DNA of 64,000 bases from Promethearchaeota archaeon. GTDB lineage: Archaea; Asgardarchaeota; Lokiarchaeia; Sigyniarchaeales; SOKP01. Position numbers and translations under genes: made by a program. Location: assembly GCA_048938005.1 (NCBI GenBank), contig JBHLMQ010000006.1, forward strand, positions 32,001 to 96,000. Reading direction: 5' to 3'. The notes under the pieces are model-generated. The model was not told the origin of the DNA. It worked only from the letters and a program-made list of their open reading frames with translations, and made no database searches. Shown here one piece after another: positions 21,424-32,136 of the stretch (its first letter is position 1; each line of letters opens with the position of its first letter).

Positions 21424-22599
21424 TTAAGTAAATAATGTTTCAATTCTTTCTAATGCTTGCCTAATCCGTTCTTCGGGTTGTGTTAAAGCAAATCTCACAA
21501 ATCCCTCTCCATATTGACCAAAACCTATTCCAGGTGTGATTATTACTCCTATATCAATTAATTTCTTTACAAAATCCATGCAGCTCATTTCACAGTACTT
21601 CTCTGGAATTTTAGTCCATACATAAAATGTTGCTTGAGGTTTGTCTGTTGTCCACCCTATATCATTTAAACCTTTAATTAGAATATCTCTCCGCTTCTCG
21701 TAAGTTTTTACTGTGCTTTCGACAACTTCTGGTTTTTTTTCTGATTTATATTCATTTAAACCTTTAATTACAGCTTTTTGTATAAAAATCGGACAACCCG
21801 AGTCGATCTGAGATTTGATCTTTCTTAACCCTTTTATAATATCTCTATTTCCTGCCACCCAACCACATCGGAATCCTGTCATATTGAACATTTTGGATGC
21901 ACTGTTAATCTCAATATGGTTTTGATCTATTTGTAATATGGATGGAGCAATATAATTACCAAATGTAAACTCTGAATAAGGATTATCATAAACAATAAAA
22001 AAATCATAATCCTCAGCATAATCCACTGCTTTTTTCAAGAATTCTTTTGGCATTATAGCACCAGTAGGATTATTTGGATAATTCAAATACATTAATTTAG
22101 CTTTTTTAAGAATTTTTTTATCAATTATATCTAAATCAGGCAAAAAATTATTTTCTTTCAATAAAGGCATTGAATATGGATTTGCATCACACAATTTTGT
22201 TGCTCCATTCTCATAAACTGGATATCCCGGATTAGGACAAAGAACTATATCTTCTGGATTAATAAAGGCTCTTGCAATATTCGCAACACCCTCCTTTCCT
22301 CCAATTACATTTGAAATCTCATCTTGAGGATCTAATTCCAGTTTAAATCTTACTTTATACCATCTTGCTACAGCTTCCCTAAAATCTTGTTCTCCCATAC
22401 TAGCAGGATAATTTTGATTCTCTGGAATTCTAACTTGCCTTATCATCTCGTTAATTATCAATTCTGGGGTAGTTAAATCAGGATCTCCAATCCCTAAAGG
22501 AATTAAATCAATCCGTTTTTTTCTTTTTTCTTCTAATAATTGCTCTATCTCTACAAAAATATATGTTGGGAGCCTTTTTACCCTCTCAGCATAATTCAT
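21424..22599 (-). CDS. Class I/II PLP aminotransferase, LL-diaminopimelate aminotransferase-like
   Basis: LGIGDPD, LNYPNNPTG, DNPYSE, SASKMFNMTGFRCG, GFGQYGEGFVRFAL. Confidence 0.88.
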   Translation of the reverse strand: MNYAERVKRLPTYIFVEIEQLLEEKRKKRIDLIPLGIGDPDLTTPELIINEMIRQVRIPENQNYPASMGEQDFREAVARWYKVRFKLELDPQDEISNVIGGKEGVANIARAFINPEDIVLCPNPGYPVYENGATKLCDANPYSMPLLKENNFLPDLDIIDKKILKKAKLMYLNYPNNPTGAIMPKEFLKKAVDYAEDYDFFIVYDNPYSEFTFGNYIAPSILQIDQNHIEINSASKMFNMTGFRCGWVAGNRDIIKGLRKIKSQIDSGCPIFIQKAVIKGLNEYKSEKKPEVVESTVKTYEKRRDILIKGLNDIGWTTDKPQATFYVWTKIPEKYCEMSCMDFVKKLIDIGVIITPGIGFGQYGEGFVRFALTQPEERIRQALERIETLFT

Positions 22600-22771
22600 C
22601 TTACTTTAAAACACCACAAATTTATTGATCATTTAAGAAAAGTATTGTCTAAAATCTTCTAAAATTGAAAAATTTAACTATTAACAAAAGGTTATGTTTA
22701 ATTTCAATGTAATTGTTCTATATTCTTTATAAAAAAAAATATTGAATATCCATGGATATTCAAAAAACTAC

Positions 22772-24100
22772 TTATAAATTTGGTTTTATTTCATATTGAT
22801 TACGATCCAAGAAGAGAAATGGGATTATTGCTAAACTCGATAGAATCATCATGGTTATAAATATTATTCCAAATATCACTATTACGTCAGCAGTTAAACC
22901 CGCGATTGCATCAAATATTAGCCCCGTAAAAATCAAGCCAAGTTGCGTGCCTAAATTGATAAACGTTGTACATATTGAATAGTAAGTACTAGGTGCTTCA
23001 GGATATTGTTGTGAATATTGTGTAGCAATAGCTGAAAAAGAAGAATTACTCCATCCACTTGAAGATCCGACCAAAAAGGCGAAAATTAATAAAATCATAC
23101 TATATGTTTTTGGAATTGGTATTAGAAGTAAAGCTAATGATCCCACAGTCAATAATATTGATGCAAAAAAAGCAGTTCTTCTTGAAATTTTGTCAGCAAT
23201 CATTCCTCCAATAAGAGCTCCTGCAAACACACCAATTCCTGTTAAAAATGTTATGATTGCTTGAGGAGGGTATAATGTAATATCTTCCTCCAACACACTT
23301 GTTGTTGCTCCAGCTGCTTCAACGTATCCTGATTGGATTAGAATAAATAAAGCTAAAAAGACGAATATAACACCATCAACGATTGCCATGAAAAGTGAGA
23401 AAATGTAAACTTTCCAATTCTCACGTTTTTTAAACATTACTTTTAGATTAGCAACTAGACTTATATCTTCAACTATAGGCTTATGTTTAATTATGAGAGT
23501 TAATGTTGAAAATATTATTGTCAAAACTCCTAGAGATATAAATACAAAAAATATATGAATAACACCTAGTAAGAGCAATATCAATGGACCTCCAACTATT
23601 ATTCCCACTGATCTACATGCCCAAACCATTCCTGTCGTACGTCCAAGAAGTTCTTTAGGACAAATTTCGATAATAAAACCATCCATTGCAGTATCTGCCA
23701 TTGCTACTCCTAATACAACAAAAAATCCTGCATATGTGAATAATGCCATCGCAGAATCGGGATTTATTGAGATTGTTAATAATAGAATTGTGATAATAAT
23801 CCACATTAGGCCAGAAAATGAAGCGCCCCCTATTATCCATGGTTTTCGCCTTCCAAACTTTCTTGATCTTATTTTATCTCCCAATATACCATAAATTAGC
23901 TTTAATATAAATGGAATAAATACGAAACTAAGCATAAATGATAATGCTGCTAAATCAACAGTTCCGAGAGAGTAAAGATAAATTGGTATTACTGCTGTAA
24001 AGATACTCTGATTTATACCCTGTATGAAATAATTGAGTGAGAAAATACCAGTATAGCTAAATTTATATTCAATATTACTGTTTTCCATAATAATACCCAA
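22772..24100 (-). CDS. MFS transporter (AmpG/BT1-like)
   Basis: About 12 TM; P.ILK..YG...D, GRRKPW, DTAMDG, ADKISRR. Confidence 0.88.
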   Translation of the reverse strand: MGIIMENSNIEYKFSYTGIFSLNYFIQGINQSIFTAVIPIYLYSLGTVDLAALSFMLSFVFIPFILKLIYGILGDKIRSRKFGRRKPWIIGGASFSGLMWIIITILLLTISINPDSAMALFTYAGFFVVLGVAMADTAMDGFIIEICPKELLGRTTGMVWACRSVGIIVGGPLILLLLGVIHIFFVFISLGVLTIIFSTLTLIIKHKPIVEDISLVANLKVMFKKRENWKVYIFSLFMAIVDGVIFVFLALFILIQSGYVEAAGATTSVLEEDITLYPPQAIITFLTGIGVFAGALIGGMIADKISRRTAFFASILLTVGSLALLLIPIPKTYSMILLIFAFLVGSSSGWSNSSFSAIATQYSQQYPEAPSTYYSICTTFINLGTQLGLIFTGLIFDAIAGLTADVIVIFGIIFITMMILSSLAIIPFLFLDRNQYEIKPNL

Positions 24101-24239
24101 AATTAATTTTACTTAATATTGATTAATTTATTTAAAAGGTATATTTATATTTGTAATATATATTTTTAAGGTTTAAGAAAATTTAACTATATTAAACATA
24201 AAATAAAAAAAATCTAAAAAGAAATCACAGATATAAGTT

Positions 24240-24431
24240 TCAAATTGGATAATCCTTCCGTATTTGAAGTTCACGTTTATAATGCTTAATTTGATTTTTA
24301 ATAAATCTGAGAGGTCTTGGCTTTATTAGATGAGCATATTTCTGTAAATGATCTTCTAAAAGATAAATCGAAAGCTCTAATTTATGTATTCTTTCTTGGA
24401 TTTCTTTCATCATAATTTTTTCTCTCCTCAA
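24240..24431 (-). CDS. Small basic helical protein
   Basis: ORF with GAGGAG SD; likely start ATG 24413. Confidence 0.6.
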   Translation of the reverse strand: MRREKIMMKEIQERIHKLELSIYLLEDHLQKYAHLIKPRPLRFIKNQIKHYKRELQIRKDYPI

Positions 24432-24634
24432 ACCCTTAATTTGATATTAATAAGGATTTAAGAACTACCAACTAAAAAATTCTAAGAGTCCTAAGATTTT
24501 ATAGATTTTTTCTAAAAATTTTGACATCTTTGAATACCATTGCCTTATTAAGTATTCTCATAATGTAATTAAATCATCAATATTTTTATCAATTAAGAAT
24601 ATTTTAAGAAATTTTAAATAAGGATATAACAAAA

Positions 24635-25732
24635 ATGACAGATAAATTCTGGTATAAAGTTGCCAGAACTATTATTAAAGCAGGAGTATTTCCTGTCCCT
24701 ATTAGTGATACTCTGATTGAAATATTACAAACTCTTTTAACTGAAGAACAAGCAAAATTTGTTTTAATATATAGAAAACCCTCAATGACTCTCGGACAAA
24801 TTAAACAAAGAATTGATATGCATGAAAAATCAATACTTGAAATGCTTGATACTTTAATGCAGAATGGAGTTATTGTTGGTACGAGGAGTAGAGGTACTGG
24901 GCTAATGGTTTATCGCTTAATGGGGCTATATCCAGGGATCTTTGAATACACATTTTTAAAAGGTACGACAAGAGAAAGAGATAAAAAGTTAGCAGAATTA
25001 TTCGAAAAGCTTTTTGTAGAAATAAGCAAGGGGACACAAAAGAATTATGAAAGTATTGTAAATGTGTTTAAAAATTTGCCACCAACTGATAGAACACTTC
25101 CGGTTGAAAAAGAAGTTGAAGTTGGAACTGAAACTGTAATGCCATTTGAGGAAATAAAGAAATACGTGGAAGAGTACGATGATATCGCCCTAGTACATTG
25201 TTATTGCCGTCATGCAAAAGATCTTATTAATGACCCTTGTAAATTAGGAGCATCAAAAGAAAATTGTTTCCTTTTTGATAAAACTGCTGTATTTGGAATT
25301 GAACAAGGTTTTGGTAGACCAGTATCAAAGGAGGAAGCAATTAAAATATTAAGAAAAGCAGAAGACGAAGGGTTAGTCCATAAAGTCTTTCATGTTCATT
25401 CGGATACAAATAGAGGAATTGAAGCTGTCTGTAATTGCTGTAATTGTTGTTGTGGGATGATCAATCTGTACTATCGTGGTGCAAAACCAATACATACAAT
25501 GTCGTCTTATATAGCAACTGTTGATGAAGATTTGTGTATAGGGTGCGGAACCTGTGTCGAAAAATGCCCTATGGAAACAATTGATTTAGAAGATACTATT
25601 GCTGTTGTGAATGAAGATAAGTGTATTGGATGTGGTGTGTGTGCTCATCATTGCCTTGAAAATGCAATGCATTTGAAAAGAATTGGTCCAAGACATATCT
25701 TTATCCCCCCAAAAAAGATCGAAGTAGAATAG
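24635..25732 (+). CDS. wHTH + Cys-rich + 2x[4Fe-4S] ferredoxin-domain protein
   Basis: CYCRH, CNCCNCCCG, CIGCGTC...CP, CIGCGVC...C. Confidence 0.85.
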   Translation: MTDKFWYKVARTIIKAGVFPVPISDTLIEILQTLLTEEQAKFVLIYRKPSMTLGQIKQRIDMHEKSILEMLDTLMQNGVIVGTRSRGTGLMVYRLMGLYPGIFEYTFLKGTTRERDKKLAELFEKLFVEISKGTQKNYESIVNVFKNLPPTDRTLPVEKEVEVGTETVMPFEEIKKYVEEYDDIALVHCYCRHAKDLINDPCKLGASKENCFLFDKTAVFGIEQGFGRPVSKEEAIKILRKAEDEGLVHKVFHVHSDTNRGIEAVCNCCNCCCGMINLYYRGAKPIHTMSSYIATVDEDLCIGCGTCVEKCPMETIDLEDTIAVVNEDKCIGCGVCAHHCLENAMHLKRIGPRHIFIPPKKIEVE

Positions 25733-25779
25733 ATTAAATCTTTTTGTAAGTTTCATTTTATCAATATGAGATTCAACTT

Positions 25780-26652
25780 ATGGTTGTTCGTATAGATTAT
25801 CATTGTAATAATGAAATTTTAGAGTGGCAATGGGCTTCAGATAATGAATTGATGCCCTATCCGTATTTTACATCTTGCTATTTAGTAGATGGGCTCCTTA
25901 TTGATTCTGGTGCCCCCGGAGGAGAGAATGATCTTAGAGAATTTGTAAAATCACTTAATCATAGTCAAATGATTGATAAATGTTTTATTACACATACACA
26001 TGAGGATCATGCTGGTGGAGCCCATATTTTGAACACAGAATTTAATATCCCAATATATACAAGTGAAAAAGCAAAAGAAATTTTAAAAACAGGTAAAATA
26101 TATCCAGAATACCGTCAAATAGCATGGGGTTCAAAATTATTACCTGTTAATGCCGAAATTATTGATAAATCAATAATAACAAAATCAAAAAAGTATAAAT
26201 TTGAATTATTTCCCATGATTGGCCACGCTCCAGAATTAGTTGCTTTAATTGAAAGAAAGCAACAATGGGCTTTCGTTGCTGATGCTGTACAGCCCAAGTA
26301 CAAAATGCTATTTGGAGGAAATAGTGATATTCAAGAGGATATATCATTAATATATCAGTCCCTTCAAAATTTATATGAATTTACTGAGGATATGGATGAG
26401 TTATTAATATTTTCAGCTGGAAATGGTGTTTTTCATGGTAGAGCCTTCTTAATTGAAAGAATGGATGAAATTCAAGAGATGCATAAAAATGTTTATGAAA
26501 GCTATAATAATTTTCTTAAAAATGGATTGTCTGAAACACAGGCAATTAAAAAGATATTAAAAGAAATTTTTAAAAAGGAAAGTATTATGGGGCAATTAAC
26601 TCAAGGAGATCTGTCAAAAAATAATTTAATAATATCATTTCTGAATTGGTAA
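25780..26652 (+). CDS. Metallo-beta-lactamase-fold hydrolase
   Basis: LIDSG, THTHEDHAGG, GHA, AD motifs. Confidence 0.88.
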   Translation: MVVRIDYHCNNEILEWQWASDNELMPYPYFTSCYLVDGLLIDSGAPGGENDLREFVKSLNHSQMIDKCFITHTHEDHAGGAHILNTEFNIPIYTSEKAKEILKTGKIYPEYRQIAWGSKLLPVNAEIIDKSIITKSKKYKFELFPMIGHAPELVALIERKQQWAFVADAVQPKYKMLFGGNSDIQEDISLIYQSLQNLYEFTEDMDELLIFSAGNGVFHGRAFLIERMDEIQEMHKNVYESYNNFLKNGLSETQAIKKILKEIFKKESIMGQLTQGDLSKNNLIISFLNW

Positions 26653-26692
26653 TTTAAATCCTAGAAAAAATTAATTTAAAGTTAAATTTCTC

Positions 26693-27697
26693 CTAAACTA
26701 AATTATTTATTATAATTTCAGAGATATCTCCAGCATATTCTCCTGTTCTTCTAATACTTTCCATAATATAACCTATTGCGATTGAAAATTCTGCACTGTT
26801 AGTTGTATTAAGACTTATCTTTTCTGTATTTGAAATTAATTCTTTTATTCGTTCTATGTTCTCATTCGCTAGAAGTATATTCTTTTGAAGCCAAGCATCA
26901 AGGCTTCTATTTAATAATTCTAATGATAATTTACTTGTTTTTAAGATGTTTTTAATCAAATCTTTATTAATCTTCTTGTAATCTATTAGCGATACATTCT
27001 TTGCTATACGCACTGCGTGATCACCGACTCTTTCAAGGAACCTCGAAATTTGTTGAAAATGATTAGCCTGCTCTAAAGTTAAACCCATCTTTTGGCAGAG
27101 TATAATATCTCTTAAGACTATGTGTGACTGACGACTGATTAACCAGTGTAATCTATCAACATCATTATCTCTTTTTATTACTTCTTCAGCCAAGTTTTTA
27201 TCATCGGCTTCTAAGGCATCAATAGCATCTTTGTGCATATCATGTACAAGTATATACATTCTTTTTATGGTTTTTTCAAAAGGCATTTCTGTGGGATTAA
27301 GTAAATCTTTAATAACTATGAAATTATTAGATTCTTCTACAACCTCAGGACCTATAGCAATTTGAGTAAAATTTATAATACAATCTCTTATGAAAGTTTC
27401 AAATTTTTTACTGGATTTAATAACAATTTTAGAAAAACCCATTATATATGCTCCAATTAAAATACGGAATAAATAGTTATCATCTTTAAAATCGTCAACT
27501 ATAATCTCTTTTATTTTGATCATTTTCTCTGTATCAATTTGAGGAGTGATAAGTAAATTTCCATCAGGTTGACTAAGTATACCAAGGGTATCGTGGTTCT
27601 CAACATGATATTTATCAATCCATACCTTAGGTAATGAAATTATATAACTTGAACCTCCTGTTTTTTGAACTTTTCTTGTTTCTATATGAAATGCCAT
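26693..27697 (-). CDS. phoU: Archaeal phosphate uptake regulator (AbrB DNA-binding + PhoU domains)
   Basis: ETRKVQKTGGSSYIISLPK.W AbrB domain; D.DVDRL and LERVGDHA PhoU motifs. Confidence 0.93.
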   Translation of the reverse strand: MAFHIETRKVQKTGGSSYIISLPKVWIDKYHVENHDTLGILSQPDGNLLITPQIDTEKMIKIKEIIVDDFKDDNYLFRILIGAYIMGFSKIVIKSSKKFETFIRDCIINFTQIAIGPEVVEESNNFIVIKDLLNPTEMPFEKTIKRMYILVHDMHKDAIDALEADDKNLAEEVIKRDNDVDRLHWLISRQSHIVLRDIILCQKMGLTLEQANHFQQISRFLERVGDHAVRIAKNVSLIDYKKINKDLIKNILKTSKLSLELLNRSLDAWLQKNILLANENIERIKELISNTEKISLNTTNSAEFSIAIGYIMESIRRTGEYAGDISEIIINNLV

Positions 27698-27757
27698 GAT
27701 TTAATCCTTTTTTTCATAATTATATAAAACAAATAAACCATATATTTAAATTCTAAT

Positions 27758-27775
27758 CTATATATTCTATATATT
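27758..27775. promoter_or_regulatory. CTATATATT x2 (9-bp period), candidate Pho-box-like operator
   Basis: 27758-27766 and 27767-27775 upstream of phoU; further AATATATAG at 27830-27838. Confidence 0.55.
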
Positions 27776-27880
27776 TTTTTTCCTTCTTTTTATTTTTTTT
27801 CCGTTTTTTATTAAAATATAACTATATTAAATATATAGATCAGATACGAATCAATTATTTTATTCCTATGTATTCGGATT

Positions 27881-28510
27881 TTAATAGAGGTTTTTAGAAA
27901 TTTTTAATTTTTTTTGTTTTTTTATATTTTCTTTTAAAAGAATAATCGATTCCTCTCTCGCTTTTAATAAAGCCCTATCCTTTATTCCAGCCATTTCTTT
28001 TGAAGTTATAATTTTCTCTTTTAATACTTTTCTAAATAATAAATACTCATCTTTTCTGCTGATGAATGGATCGACTTTTTCCTCATGAATGAATTCTTCA
28101 ATAGTAGTATTCTTTCCGTTGCAATTACCTTCGGTAAGATCAAATCGATAATCTTGATACACTAGAAAGCAATGAATCATTGGTACATAAGGAATGTTAT
28201 ATTTTTTTAAAATTTTATTTGTACCCGTTAAAATTTCCTCATTGAGTTTATAAATACCTACATGCTTGAATAGTGGTATATCGAGTTCTTTAGCAAGACC
28301 GGCGATTACCGCATGTTTAGATGTACAAGTACCTTTTTTCTCTTTAAAAAAGATTAATTTATCATCATAATTTGTATTATAACCATATTCAATATTATGT
28401 ACATAATCAGAAGCCTCCTTGAAAGTAGAAATTCCAAGCTCTAAAAATTTACTTGATATCTCCCCTGCAGACTTAATTTCAGCATCTGGTAATTTATTAT
28501 ATGAATCCAT
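27881..28510 (-). CDS. Transglutaminase-like fold protein (putative Cys-His-Asp)
   Basis: GTCTSKHA, IHCFL, RFDLT. Confidence 0.6.
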   Translation of the reverse strand: MDSYNKLPDAEIKSAGEISSKFLELGISTFKEASDYVHNIEYGYNTNYDDKLIFFKEKKGTCTSKHAVIAGLAKELDIPLFKHVGIYKLNEEILTGTNKILKKYNIPYVPMIHCFLVYQDYRFDLTEGNCNGKNTTIEEFIHEEKVDPFISRKDEYLLFRKVLKEKIITSKEMAGIKDRALLKAREESIILLKENIKKQKKLKISKNLY

Positions 28511-28665
28511 AAGAATATCCTTTAATATTTCAACTATAAATTTGATAATGTAACCAAGTTATAGTATAAAAAATTAGTTTCTAAGAATTATAAGTGAATC
28601 TAAAATTAGCTTAATCTTTATTGTTTAATTTGAAGGAAATCTTATAATAAGTTCAAAATTATAAT

Positions 28666-29352
28666 CTATTCTACACCAGTTAATAAAACCATTATGTAAT
28701 CAGCAACGCCTTCTATACTATCAGATATAGCCTCCAGAATATCGAAAATATTTCCTACCGTAAAAATAGTAAAAAAATTAACATCATAATGAGTTTCTTG
28801 AAGACTTCTCCTTAACTTAATATTTAAAAGATCTATTTCATGCTCATGGTAATTTATTTGTCTAGCGAATTCCTTAACATTCTTCCTCTCTTCTACTAAG
28901 TCTATTACAATTTTGTCTAAGAATTGAGAGCAATCTACTGTAAGGTTCATAATCTCACTAATTAATTTTATTGTCGTTTCACTGCTCTGCTCCCAAAATT
29001 TTACTGGAACAGTTGCAATCCTACGAGCAACTCCAGTGCAACAGTTAGCAACATCATCTATTCTCTTAATTAAATGTGATAAATTTTGCCTAACATTTGG
29101 ATCTAATTCTCCTCTTGAAATATCTTTTTGAAGGTCTCTTCTTAAACTATCAGCCTCACCTTCTAAAAAATCAACATTATGAAAAATGTCATGTGTTTTT
29201 GCAAGATCTCTTTCTTTTAGTAGTATTTGTAATCCTTTGTCCAATTCCCTAACACACTCTTGCACTTTTTGGGCATGTTTTATAGTTTTTTCCAAAGCAT
29301 TTAAGGCAGTTTCCCTTTTTAAATATTCAATTAAAGAACCCATTTTTACCAA
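28666..29352 (-). CDS. DUF47 / PhoU-like phosphate transport regulator
   Basis: LEGEADSLRR, IDDVAN, EHEID, ISDSIEGVAD; likely start ATG 29343. Confidence 0.88.
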   Translation of the reverse strand: MVKMGSLIEYLKRETALNALEKTIKHAQKVQECVRELDKGLQILLKERDLAKTHDIFHNVDFLEGEADSLRRDLQKDISRGELDPNVRQNLSHLIKRIDDVANCCTGVARRIATVPVKFWEQSSETTIKLISEIMNLTVDCSQFLDKIVIDLVEERKNVKEFARQINYHEHEIDLLNIKLRRSLQETHYDVNFFTIFTVGNIFDILEAISDSIEGVADYIMVLLTGVE

Positions 29353-29376
29353 TATTTTTATTCTAGCTTATAATGT

Positions 29377-29403
29377 CTATATAGAATATATAGAAATATA
29401 TAT
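29377..29403. promoter_or_regulatory. Three TATATA(G) repeats, candidate Pho-box-like operator
   Basis: CTATATAG-AATATATAG-AAATATATAT, periods 9 and 10. Confidence 0.6.
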
Positions 29404-29424
29404 CTTTTTATTATTAAAAATTTA

Positions 29425-30462
29425 TCAAGAAAAACCAAATGAACTTAATCCAAAATATATAAAGCCTGCCAAAATTGCAGCAATTGGGAATGTTAGCACC
29501 CAATAAAGTCCCATTTTACCTAATCCTTTATAATCCACTTCTTTTTTTTGGGCAATACTCATACCAATTATGCAGAAAACAATTACATGGCTATGGGAAA
29601 TTGGAAGAGAGAATAATGTGGCAATCATTAAAATAATTGCAGAACTAATCTGTATAATGAATCCTTCACTAGGGCGTGTATTAATCATATGAGATGCTAA
29701 ATTTCTAATTACATAACGTGCTGCAATATAAATACCCAAAAAAGAAAATATTCCACAGAAAATTACAAGTGTAAGATATTGGCCGCTAGATATAGAATTA
29801 TTTTCTCTAAGCCCCAAAAGAATACCTAAAGCTTCTCCTGAATTAGCCCCAACCCAAATTTCAGCAAATAAAACAGCAATTAACAAAAGCCATTTAAAAT
29901 TTTTTTCAGATTTTTCGATCTGATTTAAACCTTTTAAACGAGATAATATAAATTTAGCACTGATTTTGAAGAGAATATATGTTATTAATAGTCCAGATAT
30001 GGGAGATATAAACCAACTTAAAACAACATCTCTTAATTTCTCATAATTAAATGCAGTGTTAAGATCAATTCCTCCTTGAAAGAGTGCATAAACTATAACA
30101 ACACCAACAATGCTACCAATTAATGAGTGAGTGCTACTTAAAGGTATGCCTGCAAAACTACCTATTACTAACCATATAATACTACTTATTAATACTGCTA
30201 AAAGCATATAATTAGTATACTTTTCTTCTAGTCCTTCACCCAAAAGACTTTTACCTACTGTTTCCGGGACAAAACCTCCACTAAAAAGAATCATACCAGA
30301 ACCTATTGCAATACCACCTAATATAAGTGCTATTTTAAATTTTAACACGCCAGCCCCAACCAAAGATGCTAGAGTTTCATCATTCGCCCCAATGCTAAAA
30401 GCTAGGCCAATTGACATAATTATTAAGATTATGACTAAGATTATAGTTAACTCTTCAGCCAT
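29425..30462 (-). CDS. pit: Inorganic phosphate transporter, PiT family
   Basis: GAND, PLSSTH, GANS, PISHSH; W..SP and W.LTFP motifs. Confidence 0.88.
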   Translation of the reverse strand: MAEELTIILVIILIIMSIGLAFSIGANDETLASLVGAGVLKFKIALILGGIAIGSGMILFSGGFVPETVGKSLLGEGLEEKYTNYMLLAVLISSIIWLVIGSFAGIPLSSTHSLIGSIVGVVIVYALFQGGIDLNTAFNYEKLRDVVLSWFISPISGLLITYILFKISAKFILSRLKGLNQIEKSEKNFKWLLLIAVLFAEIWVGANSGEALGILLGLRENNSISSGQYLTLVIFCGIFSFLGIYIAARYVIRNLASHMINTRPSEGFIIQISSAIILMIATLFSLPISHSHVIVFCIIGMSIAQKKEVDYKGLGKMGLYWVLTFPIAAILAGFIYFGLSSFGFS

Positions 30463-30485
30463 GTTGATTCTTGCCTTTTAATTTT

Positions 30486-31148
30486 TTAATCAAAGATTAG
30501 ATATTTTGTTGCAAGAAACTGAATATATTCCGAGAAATTTTTAATATGATCGGCCAACATCATTATATCTTCAATCAATTCTTTCAGATATATGAATGTA
30601 CGAGATAAGTAGTCCATATCGTAATTGTAGAGACGATTTAATAATTTCCATTCTTCTTTTCTCATTTTTCTACGTTCTTCTTTTATTTCTTCACATATAT
30701 CGTGAGCTTTACTAAGATCAGAACCAATTGATTTCACAGCACTTGATAAATTGTTAGAAATATTTTTTAACATATTAAGGATACTTAAAATTTGTTGCTT
30801 AAACTGCTCATCAGGGAAAACAGCTTTATAAAGAAGCATTTTATTTGCTAAAAATTCCCCGATATTTTTGATATCATTTATTTTAGTGAATAATTTTAAT
30901 CTATCAGCTTTAGAGAACATTAATTTTGATTTGAATATTTTAGATTCAAACTTTTTTTTTATTTGGACTTCAGTATTAGTTCCAATCACATAATTCATAT
31001 TATCTTTAAATTTATTAAAATCCTCTTGAACAAGAAATTCAATCCCTTCTATCAATTTTAGATTTTGTTCATTTATATTCTCTATAAATAATTGCGTTAA
31101 TTCATCAATACTAAGTTTTTTTAGTTCTTTATCGTCAATCTCTTTCAT
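30486..31148 (-). CDS. Divergent DUF47 / PhoU-like protein
   Basis: Helical; DRLKL...INDI, IEDIMMLADHI; directly upstream of pit. Confidence 0.65.
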   Translation of the reverse strand: MKEIDDKELKKLSIDELTQLFIENINEQNLKLIEGIEFLVQEDFNKFKDNMNYVIGTNTEVQIKKKFESKIFKSKLMFSKADRLKLFTKINDIKNIGEFLANKMLLYKAVFPDEQFKQQILSILNMLKNISNNLSSAVKSIGSDLSKAHDICEEIKEERRKMRKEEWKLLNRLYNYDMDYLSRTFIYLKELIEDIMMLADHIKNFSEYIQFLATKYLIFD

Positions 31149-31173
31149 TTTTTGAAAACTTATGTTCTATTAT

Positions 31174-31212
31174 CTATATAGTATAATATACATCTATTAA
31201 ATTTCTATATAT
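31174..31212. promoter_or_regulatory. CTATATAG / CTATATAT motifs upstream of the DUF47-pit unit
   Basis: 31174-31181 and 31205-31212. Confidence 0.45.
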
Positions 31213-31412
31213 AATTTAATATAATTATTGATTTATTAATCTCTAAATATTGCTATGAATAAATCCGAATTAAGGTATTTATTTATTTTTAGAATTTTAC
31301 TATTTCGATATAAATATCTTTAAAAAAAGTAGATTTGTAAAGAAAATATTAGATTAGAAGGAAAAAGAGCAAATAAAAATTTGATTAAAATTATAAAAAA
31401 GACCTTTTTTCT

Positions 31413-32096
31413 TTAAGTTTTCTTAGCTACTGTTAACATGATTATATAATCAGCAACATCTTCAGCATTATCACTTACTGCTTCTAAAGTGGAGATACAA
31501 TTATGAATTTCAATCGCACTAAAAGGATTGATATTCGGATTATTTGATACTAGTATTCTGTTTATTCCATGACGTAGTTCATCACATTTATGTTCTAACA
31601 TATTAATTTCTTCACCTAATTGATAGATCTCTTCTTCAGTAGCAGTCAGTAATTTATTAACCATAATATTTACCTTCTTAACTGAATCTACGGAGATTCT
31701 CGCCATTTCTAAGAACTTTTTATGAACTTCTTCATCCAACTTCAAAAAGTCAGCATGATTCATGTATATAAAAATCCTTGCTCCTGCATTGGCAGCATTT
31801 GCTATATCATCGATTCTTTGGGTAAGATGAATCAAATTTTCTCGTATTGTGGTACTGAGTTCTGCCTTCGAAAGCATATTTAATATATTCCGCCGAATTC
31901 CATCAGCCTGATGTTCGATTTCATCTACACGAAAAAAAACTTTTAAAGCAAGGTCTATATTCTTTTCATCAATAAGATAAGACACCGCTTTTTCATATTC
32001 AACCACACACTCGAGAACTTTTTGCATATGGACTAATGTTTTATTAATTGCACTTTCTTCATTTCTGGATTGAAAAAATTTAAATAAAGAACTCAT
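31413..32096 (-). CDS. DUF47 / PhoU-like phosphate transport regulator
   Basis: IEHQADGIRR, IDDIAN, LEHKCD, VSDNAEDVAD. Confidence 0.9.
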   Translation of the reverse strand: MSSLFKFFQSRNEESAINKTLVHMQKVLECVVEYEKAVSYLIDEKNIDLALKVFFRVDEIEHQADGIRRNILNMLSKAELSTTIRENLIHLTQRIDDIANAANAGARIFIYMNHADFLKLDEEVHKKFLEMARISVDSVKKVNIMVNKLLTATEEEIYQLGEEINMLEHKCDELRHGINRILVSNNPNINPFSAIEIHNCISTLEAVSDNAEDVADYIIMLTVAKKT

Positions 32097-32136
32097 TTTC
32101 TTAAAAACCTCTTTTTTAATTTAATTTTGATTAATA

